From IMG/VR virus record IMGVR_UViG_3300035698_005365: a stretch of DNA of 20,000 bases; one strand, given 5' to 3'. The notes under the pieces are model-generated. The model saw only the letters and a list, made by a program, of their open reading frames with translations. It did not search any database and was not told where the DNA came from. Made by a program: the position numbers and the translations under genes. Position 1 is the first letter of the stretch, and each line of letters begins with the position of its first letter. This DNA comes from an uncultured virus (IMG/VR IMGVR_UViG_3300035698_005365). Its lineage: Duplodnaviria; Heunggongvirae; Uroviricota; Caudoviricetes. This document shows positions 8,488-16,584 of the stretch, in pieces.

Positions 8488-9914
8488 TATAATCTCACCG
8501 CCTTCTCTTCTGTCAATTCAACCTTATCATCTTGTTCGTATTGAAGAAGAGTTGTCCACCCTCCAGTAATTGTAAACCGGTGCCGAACATTTACTAGTCG
8601 TTGATTCACAGATAAGTTTGATAATGGATAAAAAATATTAGTAACATTCCCAGGAATATATGTATTTGCTCCAGGAAATACACTCTTATCAAATTTTCTT
8701 CTATTTTCTGATTCCATTTTTAATTGATCATTACCTATTTCTTGTGCACGAGCAACTGCCTGATCCTTGATTTTTTCTGAATATTCTCTATCATTACTAA
8801 CGGCGGCAGTTACCCCATTGAATATATACAATGCCCCATTAACAGTAACGTCCTCGCCTATCATTGTCCATGGATACGCACTAGGAAAACCATCTACTTG
8901 AATACTTTCTCCAGAATTTCTATCGGCTCCATGATTAATCTCTTTATCTATGATTTCTTTTGCAATATCCATCATTGGTATAAACTTCCATTTTGGACCA
9001 TTCTTAATAAATGATTCTGCATTAATGACAAATGTTGGAGCATCTGAACCATCTGGAACAATGCCCGCATTTATAATATATGCATTTATTACATTATTAT
9101 CTTGTCGCAATGAATCATCGTTATAATCATCTTCAACAATAGCATCTAATGCAACATATGTTTTAAATTTCCAAGCTAACTCATTATTATTATTTATACT
9201 AGTAATATATGTTCCAGCATCGCTATCACCAGTAAAAGATACTAATGATAATTCTTCTATATGCTGGTGAAGTGGCCTATATCCTTTGTTAAAAGAAACT
9301 GTTGGAAACTCAGTTCCATCTGATCGCGTATCTACTATAAATCCACCATTACTTTCAAGAGCAGCAGATAATTGTAGCGCCGAGTTGGCTCCTATAAATT
9401 GGTTTGCAGTTTGAACTAATTCTATTATAAAATCATTAACTTGTTGTCTAATTTCTGAACCAGATACAACCCCCATAAGGGCTGGAGTAAGTGCTGATAA
9501 TAATAACTCACTTCGATCTACGCCCTTAATTTTAAATTCTTTTTTTGAGTTAGAAACTTTTAGATCTACACTTTGAACAATTCCATCCATTAAAAGCGCA
9601 TCGGTTTCAAAATCTAGTGGCTTACTACCATACCATGCATATATTTTAATTCTATCTCCCGAACGAATAGGAGTTGTATCACCTGGCGAAAATAAAGTGT
9701 CGGTATCATATTTAATAGCTAATGCTCCAGTATTTGTTATTTGAGTTTCGTTAAGCTGTGTTGGAAATAAATTAAACTCAAAGGTATCACGTCTAGCTTC
9801 AATCCCTTTTTGAATATCAAGAGTATTAAAATTAGATATAGGTCGAGGACTTGTCTCATACGTATTATCACTAATACGTTTGAATAGTTTTATTTCAACG
9901 CGTGGATTAAGCAT
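8487..9914 (-). CDS. Baseplate hub / Tal-like (T4 gp27-like fold) protein
   Basis: DTFEFNL...GDRIKIYAWYG...LLMDGIVQSVD...IKGVD at the N-terminus and PGNVTNI...LVNVRHRFTITGGWTTLL at the C-terminus are typical of hub proteins. Position after the tape measure gene fits. Confidence 0.75.
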   Translation of the reverse strand: MLNPRVEIKLFKRISDNTYETSPRPISNFNTLDIQKGIEARRDTFEFNLFPTQLNETQITNTGALAIKYDTDTLFSPGDTTPIRSGDRIKIYAWYGSKPLDFETDALLMDGIVQSVDLKVSNSKKEFKIKGVDRSELLLSALTPALMGVVSGSEIRQQVNDFIIELVQTANQFIGANSALQLSAALESNGGFIVDTRSDGTEFPTVSFNKGYRPLHQHIEELSLVSFTGDSDAGTYITSINNNNELAWKFKTYVALDAIVEDDYNDDSLRQDNNVINAYIINAGIVPDGSDAPTFVINAESFIKNGPKWKFIPMMDIAKEIIDKEINHGADRNSGESIQVDGFPSAYPWTMIGEDVTVNGALYIFNGVTAAVSNDREYSEKIKDQAVARAQEIGNDQLKMESENRRKFDKSVFPGANTYIPGNVTNIFYPLSNLSVNQRLVNVRHRFTITGGWTTLLQYEQDDKVELTEEKAVRL

Positions 9915-9915
9915 T

Positions 9916-10284
9916 TTAATTTGCGGTTATTATAACTTCCCCTTGGACTGTGATGGAGAATAAATTATTTTTACTTCCTAATACTGATAAATTAATTGAT
10001 TCTAATATTCCGGATCCAATAGTGTCACCATTTGTAAATCCAAATGATTTAATATAACTACCATTAATATCGCTTGAGGCAAGCACCGTAGTAAATTTAG
10101 AGTTTGAACCAGACTGCGACCAAGTTAAAGGCGTCCTAATAAATTCAGTTATACTGGTTAGGTCTTCACTACCACTCACTGTTGTAATTTCAGTTGTTCC
10201 AAAATATAGATTATCTGGTGTTAGCCCACCGACATTTCTTACAAATTTTTGTAATTCACCTATACCTAATTCTATATATGTCAT
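9916..10284 (-). CDS. Small baseplate protein, tail-collar/fibre N-terminal-like domain
   Basis: YFGT...TEFIR...KFTTVLASSDINGSYIKSFGF...SKNNLFSITVQGEVII resembles stand-alone DUF3751-like domains. AAGGAG RBS. Confidence 0.55.
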   Translation of the reverse strand: MTYIELGIGELQKFVRNVGGLTPDNLYFGTTEITTVSGSEDLTSITEFIRTPLTWSQSGSNSKFTTVLASSDINGSYIKSFGFTNGDTIGSGILESINLSVLGSKNNLFSITVQGEVIITAN

Positions 10285-10289
10285 TTTAA

Positions 10290-10856
10290 TTACTCCTTAT
10301 CCTCTAACATTGTTAATGTAAACATTCCACGACTTTCTTCTCGCTTCACTGGTATCTTCCATGAGCCACTTTTAATAACTACTGGTATTCCACTTCCTGA
10401 ATAAATTGGCTTATGAGCAGTCCCATAATCCTGCATCAATTCATCGAATACACTACCTGATAAATGTAATGTTCGTGGGAACATCTTAAGTACCTTTAAT
10501 ACATATGGTGAAAATATAATAGCAGATCCAGTAAAATTATCGAATGTTTCAAATTCAATAGATGATCCTAATTGATGTACAAAGTCTCCATCTATTTTCC
10601 AGATATCATTCTCATATGAATTGAACTGTATATTTCCTTTGTGTCTAATATTTTTAGTTATTAATGATTCATTGTCACTAGCAACGAAGTCAGTTGATTG
10701 AAATGGCGCTGCCTTGGATGCTATTTGTTCTATGAAGGCATTGTCAATATTCTTTACATATAATAAAATGGGGGACCCATTAAATAATGGATCTGCCGAG
10801 TAATCTATTAATGTTATTGAATTTGTAATAAATTCTTGTTTGTTTGCGGTTACCAT
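10290..10856 (-). CDS. Distal tail protein (Dit)-like
   Basis: Immediately downstream of the tape measure gene, 188 aa, C-terminal FTLTMLE. Call rests mostly on synteny. Confidence 0.5.
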   Translation of the reverse strand: MVTANKQEFITNSITLIDYSADPLFNGSPILLYVKNIDNAFIEQIASKAAPFQSTDFVASDNESLITKNIRHKGNIQFNSYENDIWKIDGDFVHQLGSSIEFETFDNFTGSAIIFSPYVLKVLKMFPRTLHLSGSVFDELMQDYGTAHKPIYSGSGIPVVIKSGSWKIPVKREESRGMFTLTMLEDKE

Positions 10857-10859
10857 TAT

Positions 10860-12434
10860 TTATTCCTCTTGTTCTTGAAGTGACGTTATCTGTGCAAATA
10901 ATGCCTCATTATTTTCTTTAACAGTCGTCTCAAGGATCCCAATTAGTTCATCTGTAGTTCCTAGACTAGATACCTGCATCTCGTTTAATATATTATAGTT
11001 ATTTACTTGTCCTGCTGGCGGTACAACAGCTGATGTCCCTACACTTGCAACACTACTAACCCTATTATTAAATCGATCAGCCTGTGTAAACTTATCAATT
11101 TTATCAAACATGTTACCAAACTCATCTGCCCCTAAAAATTTAAGACTAAGTTTATCTTGTAGGCCTTGTAATTTATCTAACTGATTATCCTGAAAGTCGG
11201 TTGATATATCTATCCCTGGAATTTTATTTAAAAGTTTAATTATACCACGAACGGCACCAACCATTAACTTTGATGCATTAAAAACTAAATCTTTAACTAC
11301 ATTAACTGCGAAAAAGAACACGTTAACAATTGCTCCAGCTAACCCAGCAATTATTTTATATATAAATGAAAAGAAATTACTAGATAGTTGCATTAGTCCT
11401 TGAACTATTAAATCAAAATCTCCTGTGAAGATACCTTTTATTACATTAAATATACCAGTAAAAAATCCTTTTAAATTTCCAAATATTGATTTAATAAATT
11501 CCCATATCCCTGCAAAAGTATTTTTTACAAAGTCTCTAAAACTACCAAGGTCTGTTACCCATAATACAATAAGAGCTGCAAGAACTGCTGCAAATATTAA
11601 TACGCCAGATAAGGTAATACCTGAAAATATTCCAGCCATTGCAGTCTTAAGCCATGGAGCAGTAACTCCTAGGATACGCATTGCACCGAATAATGTTAAT
11701 AATGATAATGTCATCTGACCAACTGTTTGACCAATGATTCCAATTATAAGTCCCCATTTAATTAATGAGCCAGTTAATTCTTTATTGTTATTTACCCAAG
11801 TGGATACCTTCATAATAACATCTATTAACCATGAAACGAAGCCTGACTCTACTAGGGCTTCACCTACTAAGAATTTTAAAAATGTAAATGATGCTCCAAG
11901 GCGAGCAACCTCTTGATTCAATACATTAGTCTCTCCAGCAATCTGAGAGAATGTTGATAGGCCTGCTTTAGCTATTGATTGAAATACTCTACTGATAGCC
12001 ATGCCTGTAAACATCATAGATAGGCCCATACCAAGGATTCCTGCTTCGAGATTCTTTATACCCTTCATCCGCTTCTGTTCTGTTTTTTGTACTTTGACTT
12101 GCTGGCGTTCATAGGCAGCTGTCGCCTCTGCACTAGTATGAGTTACCCTAGTTAATTGTTCTTGTGCCTCTTTATATTCTTTTGAACCCTTTCTAGTTTT
12201 GTTCATAACATCTTGGAGGCCTCTAGTAACACCTAAAAATCGATCTGATGATAAACCAGCAGCATCCATTCTACTTGCCATTTGATTAATAGCATTAGAT
12301 CCACCTAGACTTGTATTAAATTGTTTAATACTATCACCAAGTTTCGCAATTTTCTTTTCGCCCTTCTTGAGCTTTGGAGACATTAAATCCGTAAGTTTTA
12401 ATAAGATGTTAACTGTTTTTGAATTATTTGCCAT
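10860..12434 (-). CDS. Tail tape measure protein
   Basis: N-terminal VNILLKLTDLMSPKL, coiled-coil region, hydrophobic helices and F/W-periodic amphipathic repeats (FAGIWEFIKSIFGNLKGFFTGIFNVIKGIFTGDF). Follows the chaperone genes. Confidence 0.9.
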   Translation of the reverse strand: MANNSKTVNILLKLTDLMSPKLKKGEKKIAKLGDSIKQFNTSLGGSNAINQMASRMDAAGLSSDRFLGVTRGLQDVMNKTRKGSKEYKEAQEQLTRVTHTSAEATAAYERQQVKVQKTEQKRMKGIKNLEAGILGMGLSMMFTGMAISRVFQSIAKAGLSTFSQIAGETNVLNQEVARLGASFTFLKFLVGEALVESGFVSWLIDVIMKVSTWVNNNKELTGSLIKWGLIIGIIGQTVGQMTLSLLTLFGAMRILGVTAPWLKTAMAGIFSGITLSGVLIFAAVLAALIVLWVTDLGSFRDFVKNTFAGIWEFIKSIFGNLKGFFTGIFNVIKGIFTGDFDLIVQGLMQLSSNFFSFIYKIIAGLAGAIVNVFFFAVNVVKDLVFNASKLMVGAVRGIIKLLNKIPGIDISTDFQDNQLDKLQGLQDKLSLKFLGADEFGNMFDKIDKFTQADRFNNRVSSVASVGTSAVVPPAGQVNNYNILNEMQVSSLGTTDELIGILETTVKENNEALFAQITSLQEQEE

Positions 12435-12449
12435 TTACTATTTCTCCCA

Positions 12450-13147
12450 TTATTTCTTTTTACTAGCTTTCTTTTCTGCTGTTTTATATTCCTTATCTTC
12501 AATCTGAATGAGGTAACATAATTGGAAAAACTGTGGTGTTACAAAATTATCTGACCAAAAATCTTCTAATCTGTATGATTTAAATTGCCGTATCATACGA
12601 TAAATAATCCTTGCAATATTTTCTTCATTACTGGATGATGTGCCACCAGTATTTTGGTTAGTGACCTTATGTCGGATGCCACCAGCCCAAGACATAGCCT
12701 CCTTTTTAGTTTCCGGAACTTTCCCGGTAACTAATTTGGGGAGCCACCCGCCTTAAACACTTCAAGGGCTGCCTTATCTTTATCAGTTGAAGCCTTCTCT
12801 TTATTATCCAAACCATTGACCTTTAAAATACTATCAGTTATACTCATAATATTATTAAAACTCATATCATCAATAATATCATTAAGTTCACTATCACTAT
12901 ATTCTGAATATGAAAGTTTTAATGTTTGATAAATCATATCTTGCATACTCTTAGCTTGCTGTAGCGTTGCGGCTTCTTTATCCTCTGTACCATCTGCATT
13001 CAAAAACTTCTTATCATATTTTTGTGTAATATCTACATATGTTTTAAATGGAAGTGGTTTAATATGAATCACCATATCACCATCATCTGATTGTAGTGTG
13101 ATATCGTTTCCACGACCTCGTAGTTTTCTTAAATCTATATTGCTCAT
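12450..13147 (-). CDS. Tail assembly chaperone GT (-1 frameshift fusion, about 232 aa)
   Basis: A -1 slip at C CCA AAT continues LVTGKVPETKKEA into MSWAGG... (the 12450..12695 ORF) with no stop codon. Confidence 0.82.
12706..12740 (-). promoter_or_regulatory. Programmed -1 ribosomal frameshift signal (slippery heptamer + stimulatory hairpin)
   Basis: The mRNA reads C CCA AAU (12740-12734), UAGUUA spacer, then CCGGGA-AAG-UUCCGG. The stem can be extended by UUAGUU/AACUAA. Confidence 0.82.
12731..13147 (-). CDS. Tail assembly chaperone G (138 aa)
   Basis: Lies between the tail tube and tape measure genes. IHIKPL...acidic helical pattern. Ends at a slippery heptamer. Confidence 0.85.
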   Translation of the reverse strand: MSNIDLRKLRGRGNDITLQSDDGDMVIHIKPLPFKTYVDITQKYDKKFLNADGTEDKEAATLQQAKSMQDMIYQTLKLSYSEYSDSELNDIIDDMSFNNIMSITDSILKVNGLDNKEKASTDKDKAALEVFKAGGSPN

Positions 13148-13149
13148 TT

Positions 13150-13506
13150 TTATTCCTCTTGAGTTTGTTCCCCAAACCCTTTAAACTTACGCTCTTCTTG
13201 CTCTGCTGTATTTACTGCTTGCTTATGTACAATAACTTTTAATGTATCAATCTCTCCTTCGAGATGTGCGATATATTGTTTAATATCTTCTAATTGATTA
13301 ATAAAAGTAAACATCTGAGTGTGCATCTCATATGTATCTATTAACTTTAATAGTGCTGCCGGATATAAATCTCCAGCCTCTCTTAAAGCAAAATCTTTAA
13401 ATTTATCATAGATGACCTTCGGACACCTTGTTATTTTAAATTTAATCTTTCGTTGTTCGTCAATTTTATCTCTAAATTCACCAGCATTTAATGGGCTCTC
13501 TTCCAT
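13150..13506 (-). CDS. Hypothetical protein, ribbon-helix-helix-like N-terminus + coiled coil
   Basis: Start corrected to ATG 13506 (AGGTGA RBS at 13515-13520). KFKITRCPKVIYDKFKDFA...YPAALLKLID fits a strand-helix-helix pattern, followed by heptads (LEDIKQYIAHLEGEIDTL). Confidence 0.6.
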   Translation of the reverse strand: MEESPLNAGEFRDKIDEQRKIKFKITRCPKVIYDKFKDFALREAGDLYPAALLKLIDTYEMHTQMFTFINQLEDIKQYIAHLEGEIDTLKVIVHKQAVNTAEQEERKFKGFGEQTQEE

Positions 13507-13529
13507 TTTTGTTTTCACCTTGTTATATT

Positions 13530-13556
13530 AAAAAAAATTGATGGTCTCCCATCAAT
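13530..13556 (-). terminator. Intrinsic terminator/attenuator after the major tail gene
   Basis: Minus strand reads ATTGATGG-GAGA-CCATCAAT-TTTTTTT: a perfect 8-bp stem, GNRA loop and U-tract, about 14 nt after the tail tube stop. Confidence 0.8.
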
Positions 13557-13569
13557 AAAAATTATTTAC

Positions 13570-14175
13570 TTACCACTTAGCCACACTTGTATACGAACCA
13601 ATAGCCATTAATTCACTTCCAGCGTTTGGAGCCTTCTCTTGAATACGTAAGTTACCAGCACTTGTTTCATCAGTTGGAGGGACTGTAAATGTAATAGTTC
13701 CTTTCAAATATCCTTCTGAATCCATCTCTGGTTCAAATCCTGTCAAGTTTGCATCTGCGTAAATAACACGGAGTGCATTTCCTGTTCCAGAAATTGATCC
13801 TGTAGCTAAACTAGCTTCATCAGAAATATCAGAACCTGAAACAATAGTATTTGAATCTCGAACTAGTACAGTAATTCTATAGTCATCCTGCGCTGATCCT
13901 GATGTAAAGTCGCTTCCTGTTCCACCGTGAAACATTCTATACCACTGAGCGTTTGAAATAGAAACATCGAATGCTACTTCTCCATCTTCTTGTGGTTGTG
14001 AGAATTTTACTTTTGCGTTACCGAAATATGGAACTGTTTCAACTGGACGTCCGAAGCCTGATTCAGACCATGAACTAATTTGCGTTGTAACTGTTAATCC
14101 GCTTCCCAAATCATCTTGCTTTGCAATTTCTATTAATGCAAGATCTGGAAAATATGGTTGTGTATTTATTGTCAT
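13570..14175 (-). CDS. Major tail tube protein
   Basis: 201 aa beta-rich protein with ISSWSESGFGRPVETVPYFG, GEVAFDV and GYLKGTITF. Sits before the chaperone/TMP genes, has a strong AAGGTGAT RBS and is followed by a terminator. Confidence 0.8.
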   Translation of the reverse strand: MTINTQPYFPDLALIEIAKQDDLGSGLTVTTQISSWSESGFGRPVETVPYFGNAKVKFSQPQEDGEVAFDVSISNAQWYRMFHGGTGSDFTSGSAQDDYRITVLVRDSNTIVSGSDISDEASLATGSISGTGNALRVIYADANLTGFEPEMDSEGYLKGTITFTVPPTDETSAGNLRIQEKAPNAGSELMAIGSYTSVAKW

Positions 14176-14188
14176 ATAATCACCTTAA

Positions 14189-14740
14189 TTATTTTTTGAT
14201 TGCAGCATCAACTGCCGCATCTATTTTCTCGTCTAAATTACGAGTGTGCTCATCTAAAGCACGTTCCATATAACGGACCCCGTTAATAAATTGTGGATTA
14301 CTCCATAGTGATTTGGAACTTAATCCTCGACCAACATGAATTACATTACCAGTACGTATTGGAACATATGTACCAGATCCTTCTATTCTTGAGACCCAAT
14401 TTCGTAATGAGCCTTTTACACTACGGGTTACCCCGCCTTGAATTCCTTCTTTACTTTCAATTTCAGCAGCGTACTTAGCGGAAGGACCACTAACAAATAT
14501 CTGCCAACTACTAGTTTCTTTTTTTGCAGTAACTCGCTTCCCACGAATATTTGCTACTAAGGCACCTGTTGAACCTGGGGAATCAACCATTGCTATTTCT
14601 ACATTTCTTTTTGCCGTTATCTGCACATCGCGTGCAAGCTTCGACATTACTTTACTAACATTTCTATTGGTTCGGATGCCTAATGTTTTTAAATAATTGG
14701 TAACATCTTTTGAATCTACTATTACTTTAATCATGAACAT
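14189..14740 (-). CDS. HK97 gp10-like neck / tail-completion protein
   Basis: AKRNV...STGALVANI...AKYAAEIE...GVRYMERALD is the typical gp10-like pattern. Basic protein. Confidence 0.75.
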   Translation of the reverse strand: MFMIKVIVDSKDVTNYLKTLGIRTNRNVSKVMSKLARDVQITAKRNVEIAMVDSPGSTGALVANIRGKRVTAKKETSSWQIFVSGPSAKYAAEIESKEGIQGGVTRSVKGSLRNWVSRIEGSGTYVPIRTGNVIHVGRGLSSKSLWSNPQFINGVRYMERALDEHTRNLDEKIDAAVDAAIKK

Positions 14741-15213
14741 TCTCTCCGCGCAAATGATACGGGAAGGAAGCCCCTTAATAAACTAGGCCGGTCTGGATCT
14801 TTTTCGACTCCACTAAAGGATCCGAAGTGTGGAGAATTTAAACCGAAGGGTAATGTATTTCCTTGTCGGAGTGCATCTATTAAAGTACCAGTAAGCCACT
14901 GTTCTACAAAGGCCTCGTTTCTAACACTGCCTGCTGTTGAATAAAATTGATCTTGATTTGATTGTGCCGTATAGAACCAGATGTTAAAAATAATATCTGT
15001 ATCATATGGTTTAGGATCTCCAAAATAATATGTATTTGGTTCTTGGTCAATAGACTGAATGAAGACCTTTGGAAACTTACCTGAGCCTTTTCTTAATTCT
15101 GTGAATGCAAAATCATCTGTGCCGCGGGTTGCTGTAGCTAATGGATCTACTACTGAGCCCGCATTGATATAATCTACCAATAGCTTCTTCGCTTCATAAT
15201 TGCTTAATACCAT
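14731..15213 (-). CDS. Tail terminator-like protein
   Basis: FPKVFIQ...DIIFNIWFY pattern of SPP1 gp17 / lambda gpU-like proteins. ATG 15213 preceded by GGTGGGTG (alternative GTG start at 15219). Confidence 0.6.
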   Translation of the reverse strand: MVLSNYEAKKLLVDYINAGSVVDPLATATRGTDDFAFTELRKGSGKFPKVFIQSIDQEPNTYYFGDPKPYDTDIIFNIWFYTAQSNQDQFYSTAGSVRNEAFVEQWLTGTLIDALRQGNTLPFGLNSPHFGSFSGVEKDPDRPSLLRGFLPVSFARRECS

Positions 15214-15281
15214 AGACACCCACCAGGGATTTAGGAGATTCTCCCGAATCTAATTCTATATTTTATATACCTATTAATAAG

Positions 15282-15881
15282 TTAATAGGTATTCCAAAAG
15301 TTTTGCTCGACTGCACGACCTCTTCGAGGATCGTACTGTTCGTAGCTTGATGAACGAAGTAAACCTTCACCGCCTTTGGATAATGTGCTACCAATCGTTT
15401 CAATCTTCATACGAATGAATTGAAGCCGAGTGTTTGTTGTTTCTTCACCTGAAAAAACATATAATTGATCTAGTACCTGCTCTGCTGCTCGGTACGTTGC
15501 GTACTTGTGAAATATGTATGGAGTATATTCAATCGTCATGCGGCCGCCGTCACTTCCTGTAACTAAGCTGCCCCCTATCGTAATTGCTCCATTGTTTAAG
15601 TCTGATATGTAATTAGTTTCGCCGGCCCCAACTGTTATTGCCGCCCCATCTATTTCTACATTCTCTACTGCAAATATCTTACGCTTATATTCATCTAATA
15701 CATATGTACTACTGCCTGAACTAATATAAGTTTCTACTTTTGTAATTGGCCGTCCATATAAGTCATATATTTCATCTGAGTTATCTGCGATAGCTTGATT
15801 TATATCAGTATCACTAATCTCGTCATTCCTAACACCTGCAAACTGTTTGACTAAATCAATTGTTGTTAAATTGTATGGCAT
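15282..15881 (-). CDS. Head-tail adaptor (SPP1 gp15 / HK97 gp6-like) with inserted beta domain
   Basis: N-terminal LTTIDLVKQFAG...ISDTDINQAI...EI helices, a beta insertion (VENVEIDG...GAITI...IEYT) and C-terminal helices. Confidence 0.7.
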   Translation of the reverse strand: MPYNLTTIDLVKQFAGVRNDEISDTDINQAIADNSDEIYDLYGRPITKVETYISSGSSTYVLDEYKRKIFAVENVEIDGAAITVGAGETNYISDLNNGAITIGGSLVTGSDGGRMTIEYTPYIFHKYATYRAAEQVLDQLYVFSGEETTNTRLQFIRMKIETIGSTLSKGGEGLLRSSSYEQYDPRRGRAVEQNFWNTY

Positions 15882-15892
15882 ATTAAATCACT

Positions 15893-16249
15893 TTATAAAT
15901 TATCTGATACTGAGGATTCTACATTTAAAGTTCCATCAGCATGGATTACATCTCTAGTATGATTACGTAATTCATATGGTGCCCCAGTTAAAGCTACTGA
16001 AACCATAGGCGCATTAGCAGTTATGGTTATTAACATAGATGAACCAGTATAGTCTGTGGTTATGCTACCACTTGTTGTAGTAAAATCATAAACCTCGATT
16101 CCACTTTCATTGACAACCCGCATGGCCCATGTATCGGTGCTCCAATCTATTGCACTGCCAGCATCGCTGACTGCGAAGACTAGGTCTCTACGGCTATATT
16201 GTTTTAAATTAATATTGATGTCTGAAGGCAGACTTGATACGGTTACCAT
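15893..16249 (-). CDS. BppU-N/Ig-like virion protein
   Basis: DININLKQ...DAGSAIDWS...AMRV...ITITA...YEL...GTLNV matches a widespread phage Ig-like/BppU-type domain pattern. Confidence 0.65.
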   Translation of the reverse strand: MVTVSSLPSDININLKQYSRRDLVFAVSDAGSAIDWSTDTWAMRVVNESGIEVYDFTTTSGSITTDYTGSSMLITITANAPMVSVALTGAPYELRNHTRDVIHADGTLNVESSVSDNL

Positions 16250-16282
16250 TTTTGTTCTCTATTTATGTATTTTAAATTATAG

Positions 16283-16298
16283 TTTATAAACGTTTCGG
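16283..16298 (-). promoter_or_regulatory. Archaeal-type promoter (BRE + TATA)
   Basis: Minus strand reads CCGAAACG-TTTATAAA, about 34 nt upstream of ATG 16249. Confidence 0.65.
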
Positions 16299-16299
16299 T

Positions 16300-16584
16300 T
16301 TAACAACAACACAGTGGTGTTGCAGTCGCTTCACTTATAGTTAAAACTCCAGTAGCACTCATTATACTTAATGTGTCTGATACGCTAGTAATTGTTAAGG
16401 TTCCTGTTGGATCTGCGATTGTTAATTCCGCCGTAGCGGTTGATACTGTTAATACTGCTTCTGCGCATGACATAGTTAATACCGCCTGTGGAAAACATAT
16501 CCTTCCTCGAATAAATTCAAGAACATGGATGCCTTCATAGTGTAATTGTTGAAAAAGCTGTACTAGCCTTCTGAAAATCATCAT
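16300..16584 (-). CDS. Small protein with six 9-aa beta repeats and C-terminal Cys-Cys-Cys
   Basis: QAVLTMSCA/EAVLTVSTA/TAELTIADP/TGTLTITSV/SDTLSIMSA/TGVLTISEA, then TATPLCCC*. ATGA overlap with the upstream gene. Confidence 0.65.
   Translation of the reverse strand: MMIFRRLVQLFQQLHYEGIHVLEFIRGRICFPQAVLTMSCAEAVLTVSTATAELTIADPTGTLTITSVSDTLSIMSATGVLTISEATATPLCCC

Noticed and set aside
12450..12695. Stand-alone 81-aa gene
   Set aside because: Better explained as the -1 frameshift extension of the chaperone. The apparent RBS is only 2 nt from the ATG.
346..13518. Track start codons at 346, 584, 3631 and 13518
   Set aside because: Downstream ATGs (367, 611, 3580, 13506) have better RBS spacing or translational coupling and avoid long overlaps.
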